Of a DNA stretch of 64,000 bases, positions 46,962 through 56,385 are shown piece after piece (positions within the stretch are counted from its first letter, which is position 1; every line of letters begins with the position of its first letter). Location of the stretch: the NCBI GenBank assembly GCA_030019365.1, contig JASEFA010000001.1, positions 334,953 to 398,952 on the forward strand. The letters are read 5' to 3'. The notes beneath the pieces were generated by a model. That model saw only the letters and a list, made by a program, of their open reading frames with translations, made no database searches and was not told the origin of the DNA. The position numbers and the translations under genes are program-made. The stretch comes from Bacillota bacterium. Lineage in GTDB: Bacteria > Bacillota > Sulfobacillia > JACIYH01.

Positions 46962-48425
46962 TCAGGCCAGCCCGGACCAGCGGGCCACGATGTCCAGCAC
47001 CCGCACCAGGCCGCGCACCGCCAGGCGCGTGCGGTCGGGGATGAGGTTGCCCTCCGGGTCGCTGGTGCCCATGCCGGGCGAGATGAAGATGTTGGCATCG
47101 TAGCAGATGGTCGGGATGATCCCCATCTGGGAAAGGCCGGTCTGGATGAGGTGGCTGCCGGCGTACATGTCCTCGATGGAGAAGACCGGCAGTCCCATCC
47201 CGTCCTGCCACGTGCGCTCGTAGTTGATCTCGACCGTGCCCGAGTTGTACGACTTGCTGACCACCAGGCCAGCGCGCACCTTTTCGGGTAGCCCGGCCAG
47301 CTCCTCCCGCACGATGGTCTCCAGTTCCTCCACCGGACGGGTGAGTACCTCGGGCCGGTCGCGCAGCACCTTGAGGGCCTGGATCTGGGTGAGGAGCGCC
47401 TCTTTGCCCGGGTCCTGGGTGACGTAGGCCGCCTTGCCGTATGAGGCCGTGGTACCGTAACGATCCCCGTGCATGCCCAGGGCCCGCCGGATGGGTACCA
47501 TCACGTCTTCGCGGCCGATGATGAGGCCGCTGGTGGCCGCCCCCGAAGCCTTGTCCATGCTGTACACCATTACGTCCGCCCCGATGGCGCGGGGGTCAGT
47601 ACCCACAAAGGGGAGGCCCCAGGCGTTGTCCACCACGTACGGCACGTTGTAGCGGCGGGCCAGTTCCCCCACGTGCTTGAGCAGCACGGGCGTACCCTTC
47701 TCGTCCTTCACTCCGTAACCGTACCCGGGGGTGTCGTACCCCAGGGAACTGAACCCGCTCAGGAGGCTGCGGTGCCTCTCCGCCGCTTCGGCCAAGGCCT
47801 CCCGGCTCGCCTCCGGGTTCACGCCCAGCATGAAGGGCACCGGGTGGTACTTGATGCCGTGATTGGGGTACTGCGCTCCGGGCAGGGGGACGATGACCGT
47901 GTCCAGGTTGTTCAGCCGCTTGCCATAGAAGCCCAGCTCCCCCGCCGTGCAACCGCGGTCGGCCAGGATGTCCTTGTACCTGGGCGGGAAGGGCCGCCCG
48001 TATGCTCCCTGGTGGTGGAGGTGCTTTTCGTAAGGGACGATATAGCGGGCCCGGTAGTTGTCGCCCCGGCCCAGGTTGGGCGGCGTGCACAGGCAGTCGA
48101 AGGAAACCCAGAGGCCCGCCTCGCAGGTGTTTACCGGGCAGACGTCCCAATCGTCCCCGTAGACGTCCTTGACGATCTCCCGGATCTCGTCCACCAGGCG
48201 GGCGAGGGGGATCACCTCGCCCGCGCCCTTCTCGCTGGCCTCCAGGATGTCCTGGCGCAGGGGGGCGGGAGCACCGGAAATGGCCCCCGTGAGGCCGAAC
48301 CTGCCCCGGAGCTCGGGCGGAATCCCGATCTCGTCCGCTGCCCTGCGCATCTCCTCGTAGATGCGCCCCGTGTTCTGCTGCAGGTAGCGGTAAAGCTGAA
48401 ACCGATACGAGAAACCCATCCTCAC
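46962..48425 (-). CDS. SelA-like PLP-dependent enzyme (fold-type I; DgaE/possibly OrtB-like)
   Basis: PLP-lysine region 'YSMDKASGAATSGLIIGRED' parallels SelA 'FSGDKLLGGPQAGII'. 487 aa. Confidence 0.55.
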   Translation of the reverse strand: MRMGFSYRFQLYRYLQQNTGRIYEEMRRAADEIGIPPELRGRFGLTGAISGAPAPLRQDILEASEKGAGEVIPLARLVDEIREIVKDVYGDDWDVCPVNTCEAGLWVSFDCLCTPPNLGRGDNYRARYIVPYEKHLHHQGAYGRPFPPRYKDILADRGCTAGELGFYGKRLNNLDTVIVPLPGAQYPNHGIKYHPVPFMLGVNPEASREALAEAAERHRSLLSGFSSLGYDTPGYGYGVKDEKGTPVLLKHVGELARRYNVPYVVDNAWGLPFVGTDPRAIGADVMVYSMDKASGAATSGLIIGREDVMVPIRRALGMHGDRYGTTASYGKAAYVTQDPGKEALLTQIQALKVLRDRPEVLTRPVEELETIVREELAGLPEKVRAGLVVSKSYNSGTVEINYERTWQDGMGLPVFSIEDMYAGSHLIQTGLSQMGIIPTICYDANIFISPGMGTSDPEGNLIPDRTRLAVRGLVRVLDIVARWSGLA

Positions 48426-48486
48426 CCCTCCCGATATGTTGCATAGTTCTTCATCGCCGTCCCCGGCTCACGGGCGCTGCCGCGGC

Positions 48487-49020
48487 TCAGGCGGGAGAAC
48501 CTCCGATAACCACCTGGTCGCCCAGCCCGAAGCGCCAGGCCAGCCCGTCCAGGGCCACCCTGCCCTTGAGCACCACGTTGAGGTGGTTGGGCATGTGGGT
48601 GGCGTCAAACCCCGCTATCTCGCCTATCACCGACCCCCGCACCCTGACGTCGTCGCCCGCCACCACCACTCCCCCCTGCTTCACTTCGAAGAAGCCCAGG
48701 TAGGAGATGGCGTCCACCCGGGAACCGGGGCCAGCGTCCTCGGTGGTGAGGATGAGCTCGTGCACTTCTCCCCCGCACAAGACCCGCGACGGTTGCGGGA
48801 TCAGTTCCAGCCCCCGGTCGGGCAGGGAACCCGCCAGGATCGCCACCACCACGCCGGTGACCGGGCGGTGACGCACGAACCGGGCCGGGGGAATGCCCCC
48901 GAGGTAGGGATCGCGCCTTTCCTCGCCCGCGCTCTTCCCCTCGCCCACCCTCTTCCCCTCGCCCACCCTCTTCCCCTCGCCCACCCTCTTCCCCTCGCCC
49001 ACGCTCCTCCCCTTGCTCAT
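48487..49020 (-). CDS. hypothetical protein with N-terminal (R/S)VGEGK hexapeptide repeats; possible PTS-IIA(glucitol)-like/OrtA-like fold
   Basis: C-terminal ~120 aa loosely resembles the GutA/SrlB pattern ('VRGSVIGEIAGFDATHMPNHLNVVLKG'). Its start overlaps the FAD oxidoreductase stop. Confidence 0.4.
   Translation of the reverse strand: MSKGRSVGEGKRVGEGKRVGEGKRVGEGKSAGEERRDPYLGGIPPARFVRHRPVTGVVVAILAGSLPDRGLELIPQPSRVLCGGEVHELILTTEDAGPGSRVDAISYLGFFEVKQGGVVVAGDDVRVRGSVIGEIAGFDATHMPNHLNVVLKGRVALDGLAWRFGLGDQVVIGGSPA
48921..49010 (-). repeat. in-frame 18-bp tandem repeat ×5 (three exact, two degenerate) encoding (R/S)VGEGK
   Basis: 'cctcgcccaccctcttcc' ×3 exact, flanked by two one- or two-nt variants. 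Confidence 0.85.
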
Positions 49021-50348
49021 GAGCTCTCATCCCGGGCGACGGCCGCCTCGGCCCGGGCCAGGCCGGAAAAGACGCCCTCCAGTCCCGCCTGGCGCACCCG
49101 CTGCCGGATCTGCATGCGATCGGTGGTATACAGGCCCAGGGCCTTCATGCGGGCGAAGTACACCGACCCCGAAAAGGTGTACTTCTCGGTCAACCCCTCT
49201 TCCGGCCCCCGCATGCGCTCGGTGACCTGGGCGATGGCATCGCCCACCGCCAGGCTGGTGGGCAGAACCAGCAAGGGCAGCCCCTGCGCCCGGCGGGCGG
49301 CGTTGTGGCCGGCCAGGGTACCCGTGCAGATGGCCTCGCTGTGGCCCACCACGGGTCCGGCCTTCTCCCCGCCGCAGAACAGGTTGGTCACCCCTTCCAC
49401 CTTGAGGGCCTCGTCGTGGGGACTCATGGCCAGGTAGCGGATGGAGTTGCCCACCCCGGCGGCGTAGGGGTCCTCGTAGCGGGCGTTCTCCATACCCGGT
49501 ATGGAACGCAGGGCTTCCAGCGGGAAGTAGCTGGTCATGAGCTTGGCGTGCCCGGTGTCCAGCAGCACCAGGTTCTCGGCGAAATCGGGCAGGGCGTACT
49601 GCTGGCACGCCTTCTTGGAGAGGTCGGCCTTGCGCAAATGGGGCGGTAGGGGCAGGACCACCACCCCGTCGCGGTCAAGTGCCTGCTGCAGTTCGCGAGC
49701 CAGGGAATCCTTGAGGATCTTGCAGGAACCGCTCATGGAACCCACCTGCCCGGCGGGGGTGCGGGCCATCTTCTCCTTTACCCCTACCCTTTCCGCCACG
49801 CTCACCCGCGGGCCGAAAGAGGGGCAGCGCAGGATGCACATGCAGCACCCGTGCCCGTACCGGGTGCAGTTTCCCTGGGGGCCGGCGCTGCCCGTCGCGT
49901 CCACGAACACGTCGCCCTCCCAGCGGTTCCTGCCCCCGGAGGAAGCAGCCTGCACGGCCTCCACCCCGCCCCCGCCCGGCTCGACCGCAGTCACCCGGTG
50001 CTGCAGGTGGATCTCTACCCCGGCATCCTGCAGTATCCTGCGCACCCGGGGTTCGATGCGGGCTACGTCGTACAGGGTGGCATGCCTGTGCCCGGGGAAA
50101 TCGACGTTACGGTGCCTGGCCAGCTCGTCGCAGGCCAGGAACAGCTCGCCCGCCCCCAGGGCGATCATCTCCTCCGCGGCGGTGAAGCGGCCGTTGTTGC
50201 GCATGATCCCGCCCACCAGCCCCGTGCCCAGCAACTGGTCGGTGCGTTCCAGCAGTACCACCTCGGCACCCGCCTTGCGCGCGGCCAGGGAAGCGGCGCA
50301 CCCGGACCATCCTCCGCCGACCACCACCACGCGCGCCACACCTTTCAC
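49017..50348 (-). CDS. FAD-dependent oxidoreductase
   Basis: 'VVVVGGGWSGCAASLAARKAG' dinucleotide-binding motif. 443 aa with a Cys cluster 'GHGCCMCILRCP'. Confidence 0.65.
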   Translation of the reverse strand: MKGVARVVVVGGGWSGCAASLAARKAGAEVVLLERTDQLLGTGLVGGIMRNNGRFTAAEEMIALGAGELFLACDELARHRNVDFPGHRHATLYDVARIEPRVRRILQDAGVEIHLQHRVTAVEPGGGGVEAVQAASSGGRNRWEGDVFVDATGSAGPQGNCTRYGHGCCMCILRCPSFGPRVSVAERVGVKEKMARTPAGQVGSMSGSCKILKDSLARELQQALDRDGVVVLPLPPHLRKADLSKKACQQYALPDFAENLVLLDTGHAKLMTSYFPLEALRSIPGMENARYEDPYAAGVGNSIRYLAMSPHDEALKVEGVTNLFCGGEKAGPVVGHSEAICTGTLAGHNAARRAQGLPLLVLPTSLAVGDAIAQVTERMRGPEEGLTEKYTFSGSVYFARMKALGLYTTDRMQIRQRVRQAGLEGVFSGLARAEAAVARDESS

Positions 50349-50403
50349 CTCCCGTTCCGAGTGGGGAGGGGAAATCGGGCGATCTCCCCTCCCCAGTGTC
50401 CAC

Positions 50404-51798
50404 CTAAGCCAGGAACATGGTCAAGATGGTGGCCGCCCCCAGAGCAGCCACCGTGGGGAGGAAGTTCCTGCGCGTGAGGTCCATGGGCGAAACCCCGGTG
50501 ATGCCCGACACGGGCAGCACCGCCCACGGGATCAGGGTGCCGCCGCCCACCCAGATGCCGCCCAGCTGGCCCATGGCAGTCAGGGTGGCCAGGCTGCGGC
50601 CCGTGGCGGTGGCGAACACCTTGGCGGTGGAACCGGCCAGGTTCAACCCGGAGAAGCCGGAGCCGTCCAGGCCGGTGATGGACCCGACCGCGGTCTGGCC
50701 GATGGCCGCCGCCACCACGTTGAGCGGTATGGCGGCTGCCAGGGCGGCACCGAAGTCACCGAATATGCCCAGGGAACCCTGGGGCAGGAAGTCGCCCACG
50801 ATGGCCTTGAAGGGACTCACCTCGCCCATCACGAAGAAGCCGTAGATGGGCAGCACGGGACCGAACACCCGCAGGCCGAAGACGAAGCCTTCCACCAGGT
50901 GCTGGGTGAGCTTCTCCAGGGCCTTGTCCCCCAGGGCCCAGAAGGAGAAGATCGCCATGATGATGAAGGCGGTGCCGCCCACCAGGGCGGTGGCATCCCC
51001 ACCCCGCAGGTCGAGGACGAACATGCCCACCACGTCCAGCAGGAAGGCGATGGGCACCACGATGGCCGCGGTGCGCGAAGCCCTTTCGCTGCCGGGCACG
51101 ACCTCCTGCTTCTCTGCTTCCAGGCGACCGGTCAGGTTCACGCCCGCGATCCGCCCCGCCGCCATGTCGCGCTGCAGCAGGATGTAGCCCACGATGAGGG
51201 CGGTCACACCCGAGACCAGCACCAGCGGCCAGGAAGCCACGATGACGTCGTTCACCGGGATACCGGCGGACGAACTGGTGATGCGGGGCGCCCCCTGGAT
51301 CACGAAGTCCCCCGACAGCGCCGCCCCGTGCCCGGCCAGGTTGATGGCCGAAGCGAAGCCGATGGCGGGCAGGCCCCCGGCGACTGCCGCCGGCATGAGC
51401 ACGGCTCCCACCAGGGCGGTGGCCGGGGACGGCCAGAAGAACAGGGAGAATACGAACATGATGACCGCGCTGCCGAAGTAGGCCAGGGCCGGGGTGCGCA
51501 TGAATCCGCGGAAGGGCGCTATCATGCGCTCCATGGCCCCGATCTCGTTGAGCACCCGCGACATGGCCACGATGACGGAAATGACGGCAATGGTGCTGAA
51601 AAGGTCCACTCCCGCGAATACCACACCGTCGAAGGTGCTGCGGATCGCCCTCACCAGGCTGCCCGAGGCCACCCAGCTCACCGCCAGGATGCCCAGCAGG
51701 CAGACCGCCACCGGGTCGCGACGCTTGATCATGAACAGCAGCACCAGGACAACGAAGGCCAGGTAAACCCAGTGGTACGGTGTCAGTACCGGCATCAT
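50404..51798 (-). CDS. polytopic membrane transporter (NhaC-like size/topology; family unconfirmed)
   Basis: 464 aa with ~11–12 hydrophobic helices. It is the first gene of the minus-strand run that continues into the aminomutase module. Confidence 0.5.
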   Translation of the reverse strand: MMPVLTPYHWVYLAFVVLVLLFMIKRRDPVAVCLLGILAVSWVASGSLVRAIRSTFDGVVFAGVDLFSTIAVISVIVAMSRVLNEIGAMERMIAPFRGFMRTPALAYFGSAVIMFVFSLFFWPSPATALVGAVLMPAAVAGGLPAIGFASAINLAGHGAALSGDFVIQGAPRITSSSAGIPVNDVIVASWPLVLVSGVTALIVGYILLQRDMAAGRIAGVNLTGRLEAEKQEVVPGSERASRTAAIVVPIAFLLDVVGMFVLDLRGGDATALVGGTAFIIMAIFSFWALGDKALEKLTQHLVEGFVFGLRVFGPVLPIYGFFVMGEVSPFKAIVGDFLPQGSLGIFGDFGAALAAAIPLNVVAAAIGQTAVGSITGLDGSGFSGLNLAGSTAKVFATATGRSLATLTAMGQLGGIWVGGGTLIPWAVLPVSGITGVSPMDLTRRNFLPTVAALGAATILTMFLA

Positions 51799-51980
51799 AC
51801 CCCTACCTCACCTCCTATTGACCAGAGTAACCGGACCTCTCCCCGCTTCTTCCTCTGCCTGCCGGCGCGTCTCGCCTCCGTTCCTCCTCATCAATGAGTA
51901 GTACCCCACCCGCTTGTCCAATTCGCCATGACGCGGGGAAATCCTTCCCCACGCCGGCCGCTCCCTGCCCGGCAGCGCAG

Positions 51981-52514
51981 CTACGAAAGCAGCATCCGCC
52001 AGAGCAGCACTCCTGCCAGGAAGGCGATGGCATCGCCGAACAGGCACACCCCCAGGGCATAGCGGGGATGGCGAACGCCCACCGAACCCAGGTAGAGGCT
52101 CAACACGTAGAATGTGGTGTCCGTCGAGCCCTGCAGGACGGAAGCGAGCAACCCCGCCGGGCTGTCCGGTCCGTGACGGCGCAGGAGGTCGGTGGTCACC
52201 GCCAGAGCTCCGCTCCCCGACAGGGGCCGAATGAGGACCAGCGGGAGGACGTCGGCGGGAACGCCCCACCTGTCCAGCAACGGCCCCAGCAGATCCTGGA
52301 CCGCCTCCAGCAGTCCGGACGTGCGCAGGGCGGCCAGTGCCACCATGATGGCCACCAGGTAGGGAAGGATGCGCAGGGAAACCTCCAGTCCCTGGGCGGC
52401 CCCTTCCACGAAGGCGTCATAGACGGGTACCCCCTTCCAGGCTCCGTACAGCGGGATCAGCACCAGCAGGGCCGGTACCATCCAGCGGCTGGCCTCCTGC
52501 ATCACCTCTGCCAC
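51981..52514 (-). CDS. spmB: spore maturation protein B (nucleoside-recognition/Gate domain)
   Basis: 177-aa membrane protein matching the SpmB pattern. Directly downstream of spmA. Confidence 0.75.
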   Translation of the reverse strand: MAEVMQEASRWMVPALLVLIPLYGAWKGVPVYDAFVEGAAQGLEVSLRILPYLVAIMVALAALRTSGLLEAVQDLLGPLLDRWGVPADVLPLVLIRPLSGSGALAVTTDLLRRHGPDSPAGLLASVLQGSTDTTFYVLSLYLGSVGVRHPRYALGVCLFGDAIAFLAGVLLWRMLLS

Positions 52515-52542
52515 GGCCGCTTCCTCCCGTCCCGCGTCGTGT

Positions 52543-53136
52543 TCAGCGCCCTCGCGAACGCCAGCGGATGAAGGCGTCCAGCAGCATGCAGCTTACCCAG
52601 GAGATGCCACTGACCAGGGCTATCACCGGCACCACTGCCGCCGGCGCCTCCGATCTGCAGGCGGAACGGACGGCCAGCAGTGCCGAAGGCACGAGCAGGA
52701 GCACGGAGGAGTTGAGGGCCAGGAAGGTGCACATGGCGGCTGACGCCTCCCGCGGCCGGGGATTGAGCTCCTGCAGCCTGCTCATGGCGGCCAGCCCGAA
52801 AGGTGTGGCTGCGCTCCCCACCCCGAGGATATTGGCGCTCAGGTTCATGGCCATGGTCCCCAGGACGGGGTCCCCGCGGGGTATGCCGGGAAAAAGCGGA
52901 CCCAGCAACCGGCACACCCCGCGGGCCAGGAGTTGGAGCAGACCCGCTTTTTCGCCGATGCGCAGGATGCCCAACCAGAGGCACATGGCCCCTACCATTT
53001 CCAGCGTGTACGTGACGGCCCGCTCTGCCGACGCGAATACTTCCGCTGTGAGAAGGTCTGTGCGACCGTGAGCGGCTGCCGCGGCGACGCCGACCACGAT
53101 GAGAAACAACCATATTGCGTTGAGCAAATGCCTCAC
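52543..53136 (-). CDS. spmA: spore maturation protein A
   Basis: 'LNAIWLFLIVVGVAAA' N-terminus as in SpmA, plus a Gate domain. GTG start at 53136 has a weak RBS; alternative ATG at 53184. Confidence 0.75.
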   Translation of the reverse strand: MRHLLNAIWLFLIVVGVAAAAAHGRTDLLTAEVFASAERAVTYTLEMVGAMCLWLGILRIGEKAGLLQLLARGVCRLLGPLFPGIPRGDPVLGTMAMNLSANILGVGSAATPFGLAAMSRLQELNPRPREASAAMCTFLALNSSVLLLVPSALLAVRSACRSEAPAAVVPVIALVSGISWVSCMLLDAFIRWRSRGR

Positions 53137-53600
53137 CCGGCAAACCCTACGCGGCCCCCGGTTAAAAATGCAGGGCCCGGGCACAATAGCTAGCGAGGTC
53201 CGCGGTAGCCGGGCGAAGGCTGCTGCACGTTCCCCAAGGGGACGTGCCGTGGCCGGGCAAAGGTCACCGTCGTCCTGGGTGCACGAGAATTCCTCGCTGA
53301 CGATGGGCGACGGTGGCCGGAGCGCAGATCATCATGGGCCCTCCAGGGTACTGCCAGGTGCCCGAGGGCGCCTGGTGGGCCTGATTGACGGTCCATGGTG
53401 GTCGAGCCAAGTCTGACCCGGGGCCTGGCGAGATCGGTCACGCGCCGCGAGGTGCGGACCGGTCAAAGCAGCGAGGACTCCGGGCAGACGGGCCAAGGTT
53501 ACCGTGTGTTCCGTAAGGGTTCATCCGGGCCGAAAGGTCCGGGTGAGCTCTGCAGGGATGCACGGTGGCCGGTGCGAAGGTTGCCGCGGGCCTCAAATCG

Positions 53601-54521
53601 TTACTGCAACGGGAGGGCGTGCAGGAGGTCGCTGATTTCCCCCAGCCGGTGGCCCCGCTCGAGCAGCCCCGCGGCCAGATCTCCGCGGCGCTCAAGGCGG
53701 TTGGGCATGGTGCGGACGGTGAACTCGCCCGGGGAGACGTGCTCCAACTCATCCCAGGCGAAAGGAGCCGAAACAGGAGCACCGGGCAGGGGCCGGGGGC
53801 TGTAGGGGGCCACCATGGTCTTGCCGCGGGCGTTCTGAAGGTAATCGACGTAGACCTTTCCCGTGCGCCTCTTCACCGTCCTCTCCAGGGTTATCAGGTC
53901 CGGCCGGGCGGCGTGGAGGACCCGCGCCAGCGCCTCCGCCGTCCCCGTCACGTCTTCGGGACCACCTTCTGGCACCAGGGGTATGAACACGTGGATGCCG
54001 GTGGCGCCCGAGGTCTTGGGGAAACTCCTGATCCTCAACTCCTGGAGGAGCGTGCGCACCATGATGGCCACCCGGCGCGCGTCTTCGAAGGTGGCCGGGG
54101 CCGCCGGGTCCAGGTCGATCACCAGCCGGTCGGGTCGATCGGGGTGGGATGACTTCCAGGGTGCGGGGTGTATCTCCAGGCAGGCCTGATTCCCCAGCCA
54201 GGCCAGGGTGGCGCGGTCCTGGGCAAGGACGAACCGAATCACGTGCTCCTCACCACGATACGGAAACACCCTGATCCAATCCGGAGCGTGCCCGGGCAGG
54301 TCCTTCTGGTAAAACGATTCGCCGGCGATGCCGTCGGGATATCGCGTGAAGGTGAGGGGGCGGCCCTCCAGGTGAGGAAGGAGGACGTCGGCCACCTTCA
54401 GGTAGTACTCGATGAGGTCGGCCTTGCGGATGCCATCGTCCGGCCAGAGGGGCTTGTCCAGGTTGCTCAGGCGCAGTTCCCGCCCGTCGACCAGCACCCG
54501 TCGACCTGCTCTCGCCGCCAT
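53601..54521 (-). CDS. NHEJ LigD polymerase/primase domain protein (stand-alone)
   Basis: 'DLDP…' and the LigD-Pol (archaeo-eukaryotic-primase-like) pattern ('FYQKDLP…SGATGIHVFIPL…YVDYLQN'). Confidence 0.85.
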   Translation of the reverse strand: MAARAGRRVLVDGRELRLSNLDKPLWPDDGIRKADLIEYYLKVADVLLPHLEGRPLTFTRYPDGIAGESFYQKDLPGHAPDWIRVFPYRGEEHVIRFVLAQDRATLAWLGNQACLEIHPAPWKSSHPDRPDRLVIDLDPAAPATFEDARRVAIMVRTLLQELRIRSFPKTSGATGIHVFIPLVPEGGPEDVTGTAEALARVLHAARPDLITLERTVKRRTGKVYVDYLQNARGKTMVAPYSPRPLPGAPVSAPFAWDELEHVSPGEFTVRTMPNRLERRGDLAAGLLERGHRLGEISDLLHALPLQ

Positions 54522-54547
54522 CCCGTTTGGCCTCCTTCCCCTGTCGG

Positions 54548-55567
54548 TCACCACACCGGTTCGGGCGGACCCGCGCCCCCGCCCACCTCGCCCGCGTCGG
54601 TGCCCAGGTCCCGTTCCGGACCGGCTTCGCGGGGGTCAAGGTCAGGCCGCAGGCCCAGGAAGCTGGTGTGGCGCAGCATACCGTCCCGGGTGACCTCCAG
54701 ATATGCAACGCTGCATACCAGCCGGGGCTCCACCCAGGTGATGTCGCGGCGCAGCTCCCCGGGGATGCGGGCGGGGGGCGGGCCCGGCCGCAGGAGCGAA
54801 AGGATGCGGCCGCCCATCGCGCGGTCCCACCCCGTCCCCACGTGTCCCACCACCCGCCATTCGCCCTCTGCCGGTATGGCCAGGGCCAGGGACCCCAGCT
54901 CACCACCGGGCGCCAGCCGGTATCCCACGATGACGCAGTCGGCCGTGCGCCTCACCTTGACCTTGAGCCAGTACCGGGAACGCTGGCCGGGCAGGTAGGG
55001 ACTGCCCCGCTCCTTCCCCACCACCCCTTCCAGCCCGAGGGCGGCCGCCCGCGCGAACAGGTCCCGCCCCTTCCCGGGCACCACCGGCGAGAGGACCAGG
55101 TCGCCCGCCCCTTGGGGGTCGCCCGCCCCTTGGGGGTCGCCCGCCCCTTGGGGGTTGACGGCCGCCTCGGGGGTTACCACCCGCTCCAGGGCCTCCCGGC
55201 GCTCTTCCAGGGGCCGGTCCAGCAGCTCCCGTCCCCCGTTTTCCAGCAGGTCAAAAGCCACAAAGACCAGGCGGCCCGCCCGGGCCTGGAGCGCGGAGAA
55301 GGAGGGCCGGCCCCCTTGCCAGGCGGTGATCTCGCCGTCCAACACCGCCTGCCGTGCCCGCACCAGCCGGTGCAACCCTGCCAGGGAAGGGAGCTCCGCC
55401 GTGATGTCGCGGAGATTGCGGCTCTGCAGGCGGGTCGTCCCGGACTCCAGGAAGGCCAGGCAGCGGTAGCCATCCCACTTAGGCTCAAAGAGGTGATGGG
55501 GCGAATCGAAAGGCTCCCGGACCGCGTATGCCAGCATGGGGCGCACCTGGCCGGGATGCAGGGGCAT
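54548..55567 (-). CDS. ATP-dependent DNA ligase (LigD ligase-domain-type, stand-alone)
   Basis: Adenylation motif I 'EPKWDGYR' and the OB domain. Contains the PQGAGD×3 repeat. Confidence 0.85.
   Translation of the reverse strand: MPLHPGQVRPMLAYAVREPFDSPHHLFEPKWDGYRCLAFLESGTTRLQSRNLRDITAELPSLAGLHRLVRARQAVLDGEITAWQGGRPSFSALQARAGRLVFVAFDLLENGGRELLDRPLEERREALERVVTPEAAVNPQGAGDPQGAGDPQGAGDLVLSPVVPGKGRDLFARAAALGLEGVVGKERGSPYLPGQRSRYWLKVKVRRTADCVIVGYRLAPGGELGSLALAIPAEGEWRVVGHVGTGWDRAMGGRILSLLRPGPPPARIPGELRRDITWVEPRLVCSVAYLEVTRDGMLRHTSFLGLRPDLDPREAGPERDLGTDAGEVGGGAGPPEPVW
55101..55154 (-). repeat. in-frame 18-bp perfect tandem repeat ×3 (encodes PQGAGD ×3) inside the ligase
   Basis: 'tcgcccgccccttggggg' ×3. 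Confidence 0.9.
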
Positions 55568-55575
55568 GGGGCGGC

Positions 55576-56370
55576 CTACTTCCTGGCGCCTGCGGTGGCA
55601 TCCTCGGCCAGGCGCACGCTTTCCCGCAGGGCCTCCAGCAGGCTCTCCACCCCCACCGGCTCCTGGGGCCGGGGCAGCTCCCATTTCTGGCCCTGGGCCT
55701 TCCTGGCCACCAACTCCAGCAGGGCCTCGCGGTACCGGTCGCGGTACTTGCCCGGGTCGAAAGACACCGTAAGACGCTCGATCAGGGTGTGGGCCAGCTC
55801 CAGCTCGCGGGGATCGACCTCCATCTCCTGCTCCGCGCCGCGCAGGGGCGAGGGGTCGCGTACCTCGTCGGGGTAGTGCATGGTCTCCAGCACCAGCACC
55901 CGGCCGCCGTACACCCGGACCAGGGACAGGTGCTCCTTCTGGCGGAACGCCACCTGGGCCACGGCCACCCGGTCTGACTCCCGCATGGCCCGCCGGAGGA
56001 GCGCGTAGGAGCGCTCCGCACCGTCCATGGGCTCGAGGTAATACGGGCGGTCAAAGTAAATGGGGTCGATGTCTGTCAGGCTCACGAAATCCAGGATGCG
56101 AATGGCGTGCCCGGCCGCCGGAGGCAGGCGCTCGAGCTCCTCTTCCTCCACGGGGACGTATACGTCCCGCTGCCACTCGTAGGCACGGACTATCTCGTCC
56201 GCAGGAACCGTCTCCCCGCAGGTGGGGCAGAAGCGCTGGTAGCGGATGGGGGTACGACACTCCCGGTGCAGGAGGTGGAAGTGGACGTCCCTGTCTTCGG
56301 TGGCGGCATAGAGGCGCACGGGGATGTTGACCAGTCCGAAGGAGATACTGCCCTTCCAGAGACTGCGCAC
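55576..56370 (-). CDS. ku: Ku protein (NHEJ DNA-end-binding)
   Basis: 'SLWKGSISFGLVNIPVRLYAA' Ku N-terminus. 264 aa. Its end overlaps the ligase start by ~10 nt. Confidence 0.9.
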   Translation of the reverse strand: MRSLWKGSISFGLVNIPVRLYAATEDRDVHFHLLHRECRTPIRYQRFCPTCGETVPADEIVRAYEWQRDVYVPVEEEELERLPPAAGHAIRILDFVSLTDIDPIYFDRPYYLEPMDGAERSYALLRRAMRESDRVAVAQVAFRQKEHLSLVRVYGGRVLVLETMHYPDEVRDPSPLRGAEQEMEVDPRELELAHTLIERLTVSFDPGKYRDRYREALLELVARKAQGQKWELPRPQEPVGVESLLEALRESVRLAEDATAGARK

Positions 56371-56385
56371 GGCCGCCTCCGCCCC

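Noticed and set aside
53137-53600. RNase P / SRP / cobalamin-riboswitch identity for the spmA upstream spacer
   Set aside because: Partial resemblances (GAAAGGUCCGGG; CUGCCAGG) do not extend to the full conserved cores. Left as an open finding.
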